Source: an uncultured virus (IMG/VR IMGVR_UViG_3300014676_000001)
Taxonomy: Duplodnaviria > Heunggongvirae > Uroviricota > Caudoviricetes
Strand: one strand, 5' to 3'
IMG/VR virus record: IMGVR_UViG_3300014676_000001
Coordinates: 1 to 64,000 of that record
Length of the DNA stretch: 64,000 bases
Shown here: one piece after another, positions 48,206 to 57,591 of the stretch
Layout: the number at the start of each line of letters is the position of its first letter
Position numbering within the stretch: the first letter of the stretch is position 1
Made by a program: the position numbers and the translations under genes
The notes under the pieces: model-generated
Seen by the model: the letters and a program-made list of their open reading frames with translations, nothing else
Told to the model about the DNA's origin: nothing
The model's database searches: none

Positions 48206-48929
48206 CATTCGGGCCTGCGTGTCCACGGCTCTGTCAGATATTCACTATCTCCAGCGCGGCATCCTTGAGGTTCAGCTGGAGCAGCTGCGTCTCGCCAGCT
48301 CTGACCGTTTCACTGACAAACCGACCAGAACGATCTGCATAGGCGACTCGGAGTCTTACGAATTGTCGGTTCCAGCCGAGCCTATTCGTTATCACGTTGG
48401 CAAATCATTCAAACAGTCCTCAATGCTGCTAACTGAATTAGATTTCATGACTGCCAGCTGGCGGCGCGCCATAGAGCAGTTAAACAGTGAAGAAACTGCA
48501 TGGTTGCATTATTGCTATGGATGCAAACCAAATTATAAAAATGATGTGATTATTTGCCAGTGGTTGTGGCTGGATTTTTTAATTGCTCATTCCAGGTCAG
48601 GCTTTAAGAAAATGAAAGCCCCCACAAAAAAAATCATGCAAAAGTTAACTTACTACGGAATACAGGAAGTTAAATCTGAAATTCTGCGTGATGAACAACG
48701 GGATGAGCAAGACCGTGACGAACATATAAGTTTTTTACTGGGTATATCTGTGGATAGCTGGCGCAAGGATTATAAAAAACGCTGGTTATTAATGAAATCA
48801 CGATGCATGCATCTTAACGATACCGCGTTATTAAATGCGGCGGAGAAGCGCAGTGAAATCATCGAAAGCCATCGGGCAAGATGTGCCAACCTGCCTGTGT
48901 CAGCAGGTTATGTACAGGAAACCAGATAA
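48192..48929 (+). CDS. Q: Antiterminator Q (N15-type)
   Basis: TASWRRAI, AWLHYCYG; follows cro. Confidence 0.8.
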   Translation: MELNSIRACVSTALSDIHYLQRGILEVQLEQLRLASSDRFTDKPTRTICIGDSESYELSVPAEPIRYHVGKSFKQSSMLLTELDFMTASWRRAIEQLNSEETAWLHYCYGCKPNYKNDVIICQWLWLDFLIAHSRSGFKKMKAPTKKIMQKLTYYGIQEVKSEILRDEQRDEQDRDEHISFLLGISVDSWRKDYKKRWLLMKSRCMHLNDTALLNAAEKRSEIIESHRARCANLPVSAGYVQETR

Positions 48930-49155
48930 GCCGGTACTCCGCTTCTCGGGTGTCCGGAAAGAGTACATCATCTGGTGCCCGACATGCGGCTATCGGACTC
49001 TCCCTGACAGTAACAGGCAATCCGTAATTACTGAATGGTATTTATCTAATCAACCGGGTAACAAACATATCGAAAAGATATGGCTTAAACGTTATCTGGA
49101 AATCAAAGAGGGTGCGACCATGGTCGCACAAGATAATGAAGAATACTCCATTTAA
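48853..49155 (+). CDS. Small Zn-finger protein
   Basis: PTCLC and WCPTCG motifs. Confidence 0.6.
   Translation: MKSSKAIGQDVPTCLCQQVMYRKPDKPVLRFSGVRKEYIIWCPTCGYRTLPDSNRQSVITEWYLSNQPGNKHIEKIWLKRYLEIKEGATMVAQDNEEYSI
49112..49129. other. sopC-like centromere IR2
   Basis: Perfect palindrome GTGCGACCATGGTCGCAC downstream of Q. Confidence 0.85.
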
Positions 49156-49339
49156 GCAAGGCCCCATGTCGCGCAATGAAGCGGAAGATATTTCTCGCCT
49201 TTATAAGAAAAAAGGCCATGAGGTAGTTATCGCTGATTCCATGGATTTGGATGGTACTTATTATGTTTATGTGACCCTTCCAGAATTTCAGGGAGAAGTT
49301 AAGCCCTCGAAAACTTTTCAACAAAGAATGTGGGAATAA
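49136..49339 (+). CDS. Hypothetical protein
   Basis: Overlapping gene chain. Confidence 0.6.
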   Translation: MKNTPFKQGPMSRNEAEDISRLYKKKGHEVVIADSMDLDGTYYVYVTLPEFQGEVKPSKTFQQRMWE

Positions 49340-49341
49340 AT

Positions 49342-50265
49342 ATGGTTAACATGCAAAAAAACATTCTGGCGATGATTATACATAAATGGCTGAAGAGCGA
49401 TTATGTAGTCATCGATACAGAAACGACAGGGCTTGGCGAATATGCTGAGATTATCGAAATTGCGATCATTAATATGCGCGGTGAAGTCCTGCTGGATACA
49501 CTGGTGAAGCCAACCCAACCGATCCCCCCTGAAGTAACCGAAATAAACCATATCACCAACGAAATGGTCGCCGATGCACCAGCGTGGTGTGATGTGTTCC
49601 CTATGGTACTGGCGATCATCACTCACCACAAATGGCTGGCCTGGAACTCTGGCTTCGATGCTCGCATGCTGGAACAGACGTGTTTCTTTACAGAGGTTTT
49701 CCCCGAAAATCACCCCTATTACGCCGCAGCCGTAACGTCTCGCATTCATACCAGCCATATTGACGCCAAAGCCGTTTACGACCAGTGGTATGGCGAGTTC
49801 GACGAGAAGCGCAAAGCATTCAAGCGCCAGAGCCTGACAACCGCAGCTGCGCGGCACGGTGTATCAGTGGAAGGAGCGCACCGCGCCCTGGCAGATTGCA
49901 AGATGGTTCTGGCCGTTCTGCAAAAAGTCGGCTCCCCCGTTACCCAAACAGCAAACGTATCAGAAACAGACCTGCCACCCTGCCCGTTCTGCTATGGCCC
50001 TCCTTCATTGTTCACCTATTACTTTGACGGTGTTCAGCGTAAGCCGCTTTACGGGCCGGTGCATTACGGCGATGACGGGCTGTATGCAGGCTCTTTTGTC
50101 TTTTGCCATGAGTGTGGCGCCCAGGGCGAAGAAATCGAGGGTTACGCATGCGACGACTCACACGTTGAGCAGCTCGAAGCGGCAGCGCGGAGTGTCTGGT
50201 CCGATAGAAACGAGCGCCACTATGACCTGTATGTCTCCAGTCAGGAGAACAAGTCATGCTGCTGA
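49342..50265 (+). CDS. DEDDh 3'-5' exonuclease with C-terminal Lar-like Zn domain
   Basis: IDTETTG, WNSGFD, AHRALADC; then LPPCPFC...FCHECGA. Confidence 0.85.
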   Translation: MVNMQKNILAMIIHKWLKSDYVVIDTETTGLGEYAEIIEIAIINMRGEVLLDTLVKPTQPIPPEVTEINHITNEMVADAPAWCDVFPMVLAIITHHKWLAWNSGFDARMLEQTCFFTEVFPENHPYYAAAVTSRIHTSHIDAKAVYDQWYGEFDEKRKAFKRQSLTTAAARHGVSVEGAHRALADCKMVLAVLQKVGSPVTQTANVSETDLPPCPFCYGPPSLFTYYFDGVQRKPLYGPVHYGDDGLYAGSFVFCHECGAQGEEIEGYACDDSHVEQLEAAARSVWSDRNERHYDLYVSSQENKSCC

Positions 50266-50498
50266 AAATGTACACCCCAAATGGCCATGAGATTATCGAC
50301 TCTTCCGAAGTCGCTCAGTTTTATCCGGATGCGGCAAGCGGCAACCAGCTAACCAAAATTGAGACACTCTCAACCACAGGAGAGAGAAAGTCGGTGCTGG
50401 TAAAACACTCATTCCACCAGGTTACGTGCGCACTGGCCACGGCATGGAGAATCGACGAGCAAAAGGCCGAGCAACAACTTACAGGAGCAATCCAATGA
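50256..50498 (+). CDS. Hypothetical protein
   Basis: RBS GGAG, overlap chain. Confidence 0.65.
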   Translation: MLLKMYTPNGHEIIDSSEVAQFYPDAASGNQLTKIETLSTTGERKSVLVKHSFHQVTCALATAWRIDEQKAEQQLTGAIQ

Positions 50499-51058
50499 GC
50501 AGATCACCCAAAGAAATGTATGTGGTTCCAGAGTGGATGCGTTCGCTCCTGCCGTTATTCCATAACACAGGGGGTAACGACGTTGAGGAGCTGCTGCACG
50601 ATGAAGACACCAATATGTTTGCCAACTGTGTTCGCTACATGCTGATCGTGTCTGCTCGTTCCCAGTTCGCCATGCTGATGGATATGTATAGCAAAGGCAT
50701 CATCACCGGCAGACCGGGAGCAACTAAATGTTCCGACACACTAACTGATGGTCAGTTACTTTTCCGTTTACAGGACTTCTACGGCGCAGGACAAGACGCC
50801 ATGGAGATTAACGATCACGAATACGCGCAGGAATGTACTGACGTTGTAAGCATCATTCGTGAGGTCATTGAATCCCGGAAAGCGTTGAAAGCCGCAGAGA
50901 AGCGAATTGCTGAAATGCAGGCGTTAGCGAGTGGCGTAAAGCAGTTCTCAGAGTTCCAGATTTGCCATTACGGTGCCACTGAGGACTATGCGAAGGGCTA
51001 TATCGACTGCCAGAACAATTACAACAAAGTGCTGTTCGCCGCAGCCGGGAAAGGATAG
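50495..51058 (+). CDS. Hypothetical protein with Ead/Ea22-like segment
   Basis: LKAAEKRIAE segment; RBS GGAG. Confidence 0.6.
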   Translation: MSRSPKEMYVVPEWMRSLLPLFHNTGGNDVEELLHDEDTNMFANCVRYMLIVSARSQFAMLMDMYSKGIITGRPGATKCSDTLTDGQLLFRLQDFYGAGQDAMEINDHEYAQECTDVVSIIREVIESRKALKAAEKRIAEMQALASGVKQFSEFQICHYGATEDYAKGYIDCQNNYNKVLFAAAGKG

Positions 51059-51330
51059 TGATCATGGCCAAACGAGTAAAGATTAAAGAACTGTACCTGG
51101 TTATTTCTTCTGGGGGAACTGTCGTTGGATGCGGTATTGATGCCCCCAGTGCGTGGCGTGATGCAGTAGAGGGGTCAGGCATCCATTCGAATTGGAAGGA
51201 CATGGCTTTAAGTGGGCGCTATGCAATGACCACTGCGGAGGCGAATGCAACGTATGACAAAGAAAAGCTGGATGAAAGTTTTACGTACTGGCGTAAGGCC
51301 GCAGCCGAACACTACGGAAGGATGGACTAA
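51058..51330 (+). CDS. Hypothetical protein
   Basis: Operon continuity. Confidence 0.6.
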   Translation: MIMAKRVKIKELYLVISSGGTVVGCGIDAPSAWRDAVEGSGIHSNWKDMALSGRYAMTTAEANATYDKEKLDESFTYWRKAAAEHYGRMD

Positions 51331-51333
51331 CCC

Positions 51334-51741
51334 ATGAGCACACTTACCAAAGAATGGCTCCTGAAGACAATCTCGGAGCTTGAAGAGGAGCGCGATGCGA
51401 CGCCAGGCGCAGTAAACGAAGACGCGGCTATGGCGCTGGCGGCGATGAAGATTGCGCTGGCATCGCTCGAAGCGGAGAAAGGTGCCGAGCCGGTGGCGAA
51501 GGTTGAGACTGTTGGGGTTTGTTGGTACGCAGATAACGGTGTGCCTCGCAAACCTGCTGTTGGTACAGAGCTATTCGCCGCTCCGCCAGCACCGATAGTA
51601 ACCGTGCGTGAACTAACTATGTGGGTCAAGCGGTTAGCCCACTCCTTGAGGAACGCCAAATCAGGCAGCAAGTTACCCGATGATGCTATGGCCTATTTGA
51701 GCGCAAAGGGACTGATTGGCGTTGAGGATGCTTTGCGATGA
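51334..51741 (+). CDS. Eaa-like hypothetical protein
   Basis: IALASLEAE, AEPVA, LFAAPPAP segments common in lambdoid early genes. Confidence 0.65.
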   Translation: MSTLTKEWLLKTISELEEERDATPGAVNEDAAMALAAMKIALASLEAEKGAEPVAKVETVGVCWYADNGVPRKPAVGTELFAAPPAPIVTVRELTMWVKRLAHSLRNAKSGSKLPDDAMAYLSAKGLIGVEDALR

Positions 51742-51793
51742 TCACCGCCAGGAAATGTATGTGGCCAGCGGCAGCACCACAGGAGGTTAAACG

Positions 51794-52120
51794 ATGGCAC
51801 TAACACCAGCAGAACGGCAAAGAATCCGCCGTGAGAAGCTGAAAAAGCAAGGGACTACTAGGCGGGACTGGGTTCTGGAACCAGAGGAACTGCGCATGCT
51901 CGGTGAGATTTGCACGCAGCGCCGTCCTGGCCGAGAGCCGTATTCAGAAAATGAAGTAATTGGTCTGCTGATCCGCAAAAACTACAAAGAGCTGCAAAAG
52001 AAACTTTCCGGTTCGTGTACGCGGTGTGGGCAGGAACTTCCGGTATCTGAGTGTCTGTTCGATGGCGAGGGTACGTGCCAGCTGACCACTCTCAGATTGA
52101 AGCTGGCCATTAAAGCGTGA
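51794..52120 (+). CDS. Putative DNA-binding protein with Cys-rich C-terminus
   Basis: MALTPAERQR start; CTRCG...C...C; RBS AGGAGG. Confidence 0.65.
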   Translation: MALTPAERQRIRREKLKKQGTTRRDWVLEPEELRMLGEICTQRRPGREPYSENEVIGLLIRKNYKELQKKLSGSCTRCGQELPVSECLFDGEGTCQLTTLRLKLAIKA

Positions 52121-52140
52121 CTGGTCACGGAGGGTTAAAA

Positions 52141-52362
52141 ATGGACAAAAAAGCGTTACTACTCGAACGACTTCGCCAGAGAAGCGAAAGCAGTTTGGCC
52201 AGCGGAGGAGACGGTTTTATTTTCCCCTCAATGCTGGCGTTCGATATCGGTCTGAATACAAGGACAATTCGGGAAATTCTGAACAGTGCTGTCAGGGATG
52301 GAACCCTGGAAAAAATGGAGCGTGGTGTTGGCCGTTCGCATAAGTACCGGACAATTCAGTAG
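52141..52362 (+). CDS. Small winged-helix-like protein
   Basis: LAFDIGLNTRTIREILN; RBS GGAGG. Confidence 0.55.
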   Translation: MDKKALLLERLRQRSESSLASGGDGFIFPSMLAFDIGLNTRTIREILNSAVRDGTLEKMERGVGRSHKYRTIQ

Positions 52363-52409
52363 TTTAATCAAAAAAATTGCCAAAAAATGGCTGTATCGTT
52401 TGCGGATTC

Positions 52410-52429
52410 TCCTGTGTTTATATACAGTA
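52410..52429. promoter_or_regulatory. LexA (SOS) box
   Basis: CTG-TGTTTATATA-CAG at 52412-52427. Confidence 0.85.
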
Positions 52430-52451
52430 TTAAATAACCTTGGTAGACTAA

Positions 52452-52679
52452 ATGGTATACGATTCAATGACAGATGCAGCCGTATCATGTTGTGAAAAAC
52501 TTGATTCCCAGCTAAGCGATCTCGATGCTGTCCTGGATATGGTGAGCACCGTTATGGCCTCACCAGAGGCCAGTCTTCATCTTCATGAGGCGGCACGTCT
52601 TCTGCGCATGTCTCGTTGCATGGTCCACAAATGCAGGGATGTTGTCGCAGTAGAGCGCAGCCGCCAGATTGGTGAATAA
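52452..52679 (+). CDS. antC: SOS-inducible antirepressor, AntC-like
   Basis: LexA box upstream; similar to AntA-like ORF; N15 antC is known to be LexA-controlled. Confidence 0.75.
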   Translation: MVYDSMTDAAVSCCEKLDSQLSDLDAVLDMVSTVMASPEASLHLHEAARLLRMSRCMVHKCRDVVAVERSRQIGE

Positions 52680-52743
52680 AAAGGGAAAGGTGAGGATATC
52701 CTCACCTTTCCCTTGTTAATTCACCGGCAGTTAAACGGTTTAA

Positions 52744-53031
52744 TCAGTACACAGCATGTATATCAATGCTTGCGCCGCAAGCCTTAGCGTATCGAGATAG
52801 TGTCTTCATGCTGGCACCGAGTGGGTTGCTTTCCAGGCGGCTAATTGCTGACGGTTGCAACCCCATACGTTCGGCCAGCGCAGACTTCGTCAGGCCAGCC
52901 TTCTCCCTCATTTCGTATAGCATTTCTACCATCGCCAACTCCTTGTCGGCTTCCTCATACCCCCGGATGGCCTCCGGGGTGTCGAGCAGCTTCTCTTTAA
53001 CCTGGTTAAACGGGATGCCTTTTACTTTCAT
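52744..53031 (-). CDS. XRE-HTH antitoxin (HigA-like)
   Basis: REKAGLTKSALAERMG...ISRLE; downstream of toxin. Confidence 0.85.
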   Translation of the reverse strand: MKVKGIPFNQVKEKLLDTPEAIRGYEEADKELAMVEMLYEMREKAGLTKSALAERMGLQPSAISRLESNPLGASMKTLSRYAKACGASIDIHAVY

Positions 53032-53342
53032 CAGTTCATCTCCTTCAGACGCGATCTGGCTATATCAATCGCTTTCGCGGGTGTTTTTTGCGTCTTCTTA
53101 ACAAATGCGTGTAGTAGGTAGATTTCGTTGCCAACAGCGTAAGCGTACAACGTTCTCGCGATGTTCTTGTCCCCTACCCTTAATTCGAATAGCCCTCCGC
53201 CAATAACACGGCTGTGAGGCATTTTCAGCTTGTTTCCTTCGCTTTCCAGTCTCTCGATAAGCCGGGTCATACGACCGCGAAGCTCATCAGGTAGTTCTTG
53301 TAGCTCATCCAGCGCTGCCGGGTGGGTTATCACGTTAAACAT
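53031..53342 (-). CDS. RelE/HigB-family toxin (N15 gp49-like)
   Basis: GLFELRV, ARTLY, LLHAFVKKTQKTP. Confidence 0.9.
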   Translation of the reverse strand: MFNVITHPAALDELQELPDELRGRMTRLIERLESEGNKLKMPHSRVIGGGLFELRVGDKNIARTLYAYAVGNEIYLLHAFVKKTQKTPAKAIDIARSRLKEMN

Positions 53343-53508
53343 AGTATAGCCTCCTGATGTGGAAAATATACCAAAAAGATAACTTTCGCACAATAAGCAA
53401 ATTTCACTAAAAAGTGAAAAATAATGCTGGCTGTGTTCCTTGGGCAGAGTTACAGTTCGTGTCGTTGAGAGGGGAAAAGCCCATAACCGCCTGAATCAGG
53501 AGTAAATT

Positions 53509-53730
53509 ATGAATTATCAAGGCAACGAAAAAATGCGCAAAGATGCGGCAGATATTTCCAACGAACTCTATGAGTTGTGGCAAAAAGTTAAACGTTTTGA
53601 ATATGAATACAGCTTTAACAGCAAGGACCTGACAGAGCGCCTTGCAGGCCGTCTTGTTGGCACGATGGAACCTAAACTGGCGGAACTGAATAAATTTATG
53701 GCCGATGTCGATTATCAGTTCGAAGACTAA
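53509..53730 (+). CDS. Hypothetical protein
   Basis: RBS AGGAG. Confidence 0.65.
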   Translation: MNYQGNEKMRKDAADISNELYELWQKVKRFEYEYSFNSKDLTERLAGRLVGTMEPKLAELNKFMADVDYQFED

Positions 53731-53739
53731 GGGGGCGAT

Positions 53740-53967
53740 ATGAACGCGAAAGAAATACGCCGGAACATGACCGAGGAAGCGTTAAGCATTGAGTCCGTAA
53801 TGCGTGGGCATCCACGCATAAGCCTGGCAGAGCTGAGTAATGCCTGCCGGATAAGCGAGGCAACAGCAGAGTTTATCGTTGAGCAGATGGTTTGTTTTGG
53901 GGTCGCACAGCGCGGCGCTTTCGGACGATACTCACTCACGAACGAGTATAAAAAAGGAATTTTCTGA
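53740..53967 (+). CDS. Small winged-helix-like protein
   Basis: ISLAELSNACRISEAT...GRYSL. Confidence 0.55.
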   Translation: MNAKEIRRNMTEEALSIESVMRGHPRISLAELSNACRISEATAEFIVEQMVCFGVAQRGAFGRYSLTNEYKKGIF

Positions 53968-53970
53968 TAT

Positions 53971-53990
53971 CGTGCGACCACGGTCGCACG
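53971..53990. other. sopC-like centromere IR3
   Basis: CGTGCGACCACGGTCGCACG. Confidence 0.85.
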
Positions 53991-54074
53991 GAATAAAAAC
54001 TAAAAAGGTTGGCAAAACAGCTATTTTTAGGTATCTTTTTTCTAAGTTGGGATTTTTACGCCTGACTTCCGAAT

Positions 54075-54097
54075 AACCGCCTACGGGCGGTTTTTTT
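54075..54097 (+). terminator. Intrinsic terminator
   Basis: AACCGCC-TACG-GGCGGTT followed by a T-run. Confidence 0.75.
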
Positions 54098-54233
54098 GTG
54101 CCTGAAAAAGTGGGCGCGGGACGAGTTGCAGCTCATCCCGCGGTCAACCCATGCCAGAGGTATAGGCTGAACCCAAAGCCCACCCGCGATGCGCATCGCA
54201 GGGTTAGCTTACCCAGGCAGAAACATAATAGCT

Positions 54234-55322
54234 ATGTTAAAAACTACACAAATCAACGGCGCGCAGCTCGTTTGCGCAGATTCTCTGCAATTCATTAAAA
54301 CCATCCCCGATAATTCCGTAAATCTGATCGCGACTGACCCGCCCTATTTTGGGGTGAAGTCGAACGACTGGGATAACCAGTGGGAAAGCGATGCGGAATT
54401 TTTGGGCTGGCTTGATGAGTTCCTGGCGGAGTTCTGGCGAATACTGGCCCCAAATGGCAGCTTGTATATGTTTACCGGTTCGCGGCTTGCGTCAAAAATA
54501 GAACTGCTTACCCGCGACCGTTTCAATGTTCTGAACCACATCACCTGGGCTAAACCTAGCGGTGTATGGCGGCGGCAAAATAAAGAGAGCCTGCGTGCAT
54601 TTTTCCCGGCAACCGAGCGCATCATATTTGCTGAACATTACGGCGCGTCTGGCTATGCAAAAGGCCAGTCGGGGTATGCAAGTAAATGTGCAGCGTTGAG
54701 GAAAGACGTATTTTCTCCGTTGATTGGGGCATTTGTGTCAGCCCGCCAGCAGTTGGGTATTTCAGCAGCAGACATTAACGCTGCGACAGGTAAAAAGATG
54801 TGTTCGCACTGGTTTTCAGCATCGCAATGGCAGCTGCCGGGGCTTGATGATTTCAACAAGCTACACGGTTTGTTCCAGCGGCGTGCTGAAGTCATCGGTG
54901 TTCAATGCCCTCCGCCGTTTGATGTGGGCTATAACGAACATGAAAAACAGTATAACGACCTAAAAGCACAGTACGATGCGGTAAAAGCGCAATATGACGA
55001 TCTGAAAGCTCAGTATGAAGGGCTACGCCGTCCTTTCTCGGTAACAGCAGATGTTCCCTATACGGATGTATGGGTATACCCACCGGTTCAGTATTACCCA
55101 GGGAAACACCCATGCGAAAAGCCAGCCGAAATGATGGAACACATCATCAGGAGCAGCTCGCGCCCCGGAGATGTGGTTGCTGACTTCTTCATGGGCTCAG
55201 GTAGTACGATTAAGGAAGCTCTGAAGCTGGGCCGTAAAGCGATAGGTGTTGAAATTGAAGAAGAGCGGTACCTGCAAACAGTAGAAGAAGTAAAAGAATT
55301 AGTAGAAAAAGAAGATAGCTGA
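54234..55322 (+). CDS. Orphan amino-DNA methyltransferase (N6A/N4C, beta class)
   Basis: TDPPY, HPCEKP, DFFMGSGST. Confidence 0.93.
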   Translation: MLKTTQINGAQLVCADSLQFIKTIPDNSVNLIATDPPYFGVKSNDWDNQWESDAEFLGWLDEFLAEFWRILAPNGSLYMFTGSRLASKIELLTRDRFNVLNHITWAKPSGVWRRQNKESLRAFFPATERIIFAEHYGASGYAKGQSGYASKCAALRKDVFSPLIGAFVSARQQLGISAADINAATGKKMCSHWFSASQWQLPGLDDFNKLHGLFQRRAEVIGVQCPPPFDVGYNEHEKQYNDLKAQYDAVKAQYDDLKAQYEGLRRPFSVTADVPYTDVWVYPPVQYYPGKHPCEKPAEMMEHIIRSSSRPGDVVADFFMGSGSTIKEALKLGRKAIGVEIEEERYLQTVEEVKELVEKEDS

Positions 55323-55453
55323 TCTCACTTATACAACCCGCCATTGGCGGGTTTTTTATTGGTGCCGTCCTGGCGACATCATTGCGTTTTTCGTTAATGC
55401 ATTGGGCGGCGTTTCATCTGCACACAGCCTCCGCAAAAGCGAGGTAAGAGACC

Positions 55454-55759
55454 ATGAGAATGAACGATCACTCAGGGAACATCTTCACGCAATTATTTGC
55501 GTGGCTTGGAACCATAGCGGCAGCGCTGGGTTTTACCACCCAGGACATGATTTACATGTTTTTCGGGGCTGTGGGGCTTCTAATTTCCCTTGCGTCTTTC
55601 ATCAACGGACGAATTGATGCGCGACGCCGTCGCAAAGAAGATGAGAAGCGAACGGCAATGATACAGGCTTACCTGGAAGAAGTTAGTGATAAGCCTATTG
55701 AAGATCGCCCGGCAGCGGTGAGCGTAGTTGCTGATGTACTCGCTAAGGCAGGCGAATAA
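55454..55759 (+). CDS. Holin (possible dual start M-R-M)
   Basis: Two hydrophobic segments, charged tail, before endolysin. Confidence 0.75.
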   Translation: MRMNDHSGNIFTQLFAWLGTIAAALGFTTQDMIYMFFGAVGLLISLASFINGRIDARRRRKEDEKRTAMIQAYLEEVSDKPIEDRPAAVSVVADVLAKAGE

Positions 55760-56295
55760 TGGCTAACAGGGCGAAATTAAGCGCAGCGGTACTGAGTTTA
55801 ATTCTTGCTGGAGCGTCAGCCCCGCAAATTCTCGACCAGTTCCTGAATGAGAAAGAGGGTAACAGCCTCACGGCGTACAAAGATGGCGGTGGCATCTGGA
55901 CGATTTGTCGAGGTGCTACGAAGGTTGATGGTAAGCCGGTGCGGCAAGGTATGAAATTGACGCAGGCCAAATGCAACCAGGTGAACGCTATCGAACGCAA
56001 TAAGGCGCTGGCGTGGGTTGACCGCAATATTAAGGTGCCGCTGACCGAACCTCAGAAAGCGGGGATCGCATCTTTCTGCCCATACAACATTGGCCCCGGC
56101 AAATGTTTCCCGTCGACTTTCTATAAGCGTCTCAATGCTGGAGATCGCAAAGGGGCATGCGAGGCGATCAGATGGTGGATAAAAGATGGAGGCCGCGACT
56201 GCCGACTGACAAAGGGCCAGAAGAATGGCTGCTATGGGCAGGTTGAGCGACGCGACCAGGAGAGTGCGCTTACCTGCTGGGAGATAGACCAGTGA
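55759..56295 (+). CDS. SAR-type endolysin (lysozyme)
   Basis: N-terminal [19 protein letters not shown]...[14 protein letters not shown]. Confidence 0.92.
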   Translation: MANRAKLSAAVLSLILAGASAPQILDQFLNEKEGNSLTAYKDGGGIWTICRGATKVDGKPVRQGMKLTQAKCNQVNAIERNKALAWVDRNIKVPLTEPQKAGIASFCPYNIGPGKCFPSTFYKRLNAGDRKGACEAIRWWIKDGGRDCRLTKGQKNGCYGQVERRDQESALTCWEIDQ

Positions 56296-56837
56296 ATCCT
56301 TCCCCGTTAATCGCAGTAATAAAAGCCTGGTGGAAGCATTTTGTCGTGCTGATAGTTGTGGTCAGTGCGTTTATCGCTGGCAATGTCTGGAGTGACCGGG
56401 CATGGGAAAAAAAGTGGTCCGACCGTGATAGCGCTGAATCCTCACGTCAAGTTAATGCCCAAACTGCCGCCAGAATGATAGAGCAAGGGCGTTTTATTGC
56501 CCGAGATGAGGCCGTTAAAGATGCTCAAGAACAAGCAGCTGCTGCGCGCGCTGTTTCTGCCCGTTTGTCTGGCACTGTTAGCCAGTTGCAGCAACAGGCA
56601 AGAAAACTCGCTACCCGCCTGGACGCCGCAAAGCACACCGCAGATCTTGCCGCTGCCGTCAGAGGCAAAACAGCCGGAGCCAACGCCGCAATGCTCGCCG
56701 ACATGCTCGGAAGTCTTGCAGCAGAAGCTAAATATTATGCTGAACGATCTGACGAAAGCTACCGAGCAGGAATGACGTGTGAACGTATCTACAACTCGGT
56801 GAGAGAGTCAAACAACCAATCAGGAGCCTCGCGATAG
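56292..56837 (+). CDS. i-spanin (DUF2514-type)
   Basis: N-terminal TM, coiled coil, [10 protein letters not shown]. Confidence 0.8.
   Translation: MNPSPLIAVIKAWWKHFVVLIVVVSAFIAGNVWSDRAWEKKWSDRDSAESSRQVNAQTAARMIEQGRFIARDEAVKDAQEQAAAARAVSARLSGTVSQLQQQARKLATRLDAAKHTADLAAAVRGKTAGANAAMLADMLGSLAAEAKYYAERSDESYRAGMTCERIYNSVRESNNQSGASR
56521..56775 (+). CDS. Embedded o-spanin lipoprotein
   Basis: +1 frame, lipobox LASC, proline-rich. Confidence 0.75.
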   Translation: MLKNKQLLRALFLPVCLALLASCSNRQENSLPAWTPQSTPQILPLPSEAKQPEPTPQCSPTCSEVLQQKLNIMLNDLTKATEQE

Positions 56838-56873
56838 CGGGGCTTTTTTATAGCTGAAATCAGCGGAGAGAAA

Positions 56874-57077
56874 ATGGCGAAAATCAAACTGACACTGGAA
56901 CAGATTAAGGCTCTGGCCAAATTCGCAGAAGAAGAAGGCCAGCCTGAATACACTATCTGTCATGGCCAAATTCCAGGCTTCGATAACTTTCCTGATTACG
57001 ATGGATTGATTGCGTATTCGGGGTCAGAAGAGCACAGCGTTCTGGCTCTGGAAGATAAAGGGCAGGGCGATATCTGA
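56874..57077 (+). CDS. Hypothetical protein
   Basis: RBS GGAG. Confidence 0.65.
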   Translation: MAKIKLTLEQIKALAKFAEEEGQPEYTICHGQIPGFDNFPDYDGLIAYSGSEEHSVLALEDKGQGDI

Positions 57078-57388
57078 TGAAAGTTTATATCGCTGGGCCA
57101 ATGACTGGCCGTGAAAACTTTAACCGTAACGCTTTCAATAAAGAAGCGGAGCGTCTGACGCGTCATGGCCATACCGTTCTTAACCCGGCCAGCCTGCCGG
57201 ATGGCCTGGAGCAGCGCGAGTTCATGGACATCTGTTTCGCGATGCTCCGCTGTGCTGACGCAATCCTGATGCTGCCAGGCTGGCAGACATCATCTGGCGC
57301 CACTGCGGAATACCATTACGCATACAAGATGGAGCTACCGGTTTACTCGACGCTTCATTACCCACCAGTGGCCGAAGCTGCAAGCTAA
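57077..57388 (+). CDS. DUF4406-family protein
   Basis: KVYIAGPMTG, VLNPA, LPGWQTSSGATAE. Confidence 0.8.
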   Translation: MKVYIAGPMTGRENFNRNAFNKEAERLTRHGHTVLNPASLPDGLEQREFMDICFAMLRCADAILMLPGWQTSSGATAEYHYAYKMELPVYSTLHYPPVAEAAS

Positions 57389-57418
57389 AACAAACTATAA
57401 AAACGAGAGTTCCGCTTT

Positions 57419-57438
57419 CGTGCGACCACGGTCGCACG
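57419..57438. other. sopC-like centromere IR4
   Basis: CGTGCGACCACGGTCGCACG, identical to IR3. Confidence 0.85.
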
Positions 57439-57473
57439 CTTTTCCGTTTTCATAGACATGGGCGTTGCTGCGG

Positions 57474-57546
57474 AACGGGTTCATTGGCCAATCTGCGTCG
57501 CGTATAGCGTAACGGGTTCATTGCCCAATCTGCGTCGCGTATAGCG
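57474..57546. repeat. Tandem duplication, 2 x 36 bp (1 mismatch)
   Basis: AACGGGTTCATTG(G/C)CCAATCTGCGTCGCGTATAGCG at 57474 and 57511. Confidence 0.9.
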
Positions 57547-57591
57547 CTCATGTCTATGAGAGTTTCCTCAACACATCTAAAAGGATTCATC

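Noticed and set aside
54948..55020. 21-bp repeats in the methylase (QYNDLKA/QYDAVKA/QYDDLKA)
   Set aside because: In-frame heptad coiled coil typical of this phage methylase group.
46672..57438. Four GCGACC-NN-GGTCGC palindromes as a novel repeat
   Set aside because: Explained by the known dispersed N15 centromere sites for SopB.
57474..57546. CRISPR array
   Set aside because: Two abutting copies, no spacers, no cas genes.
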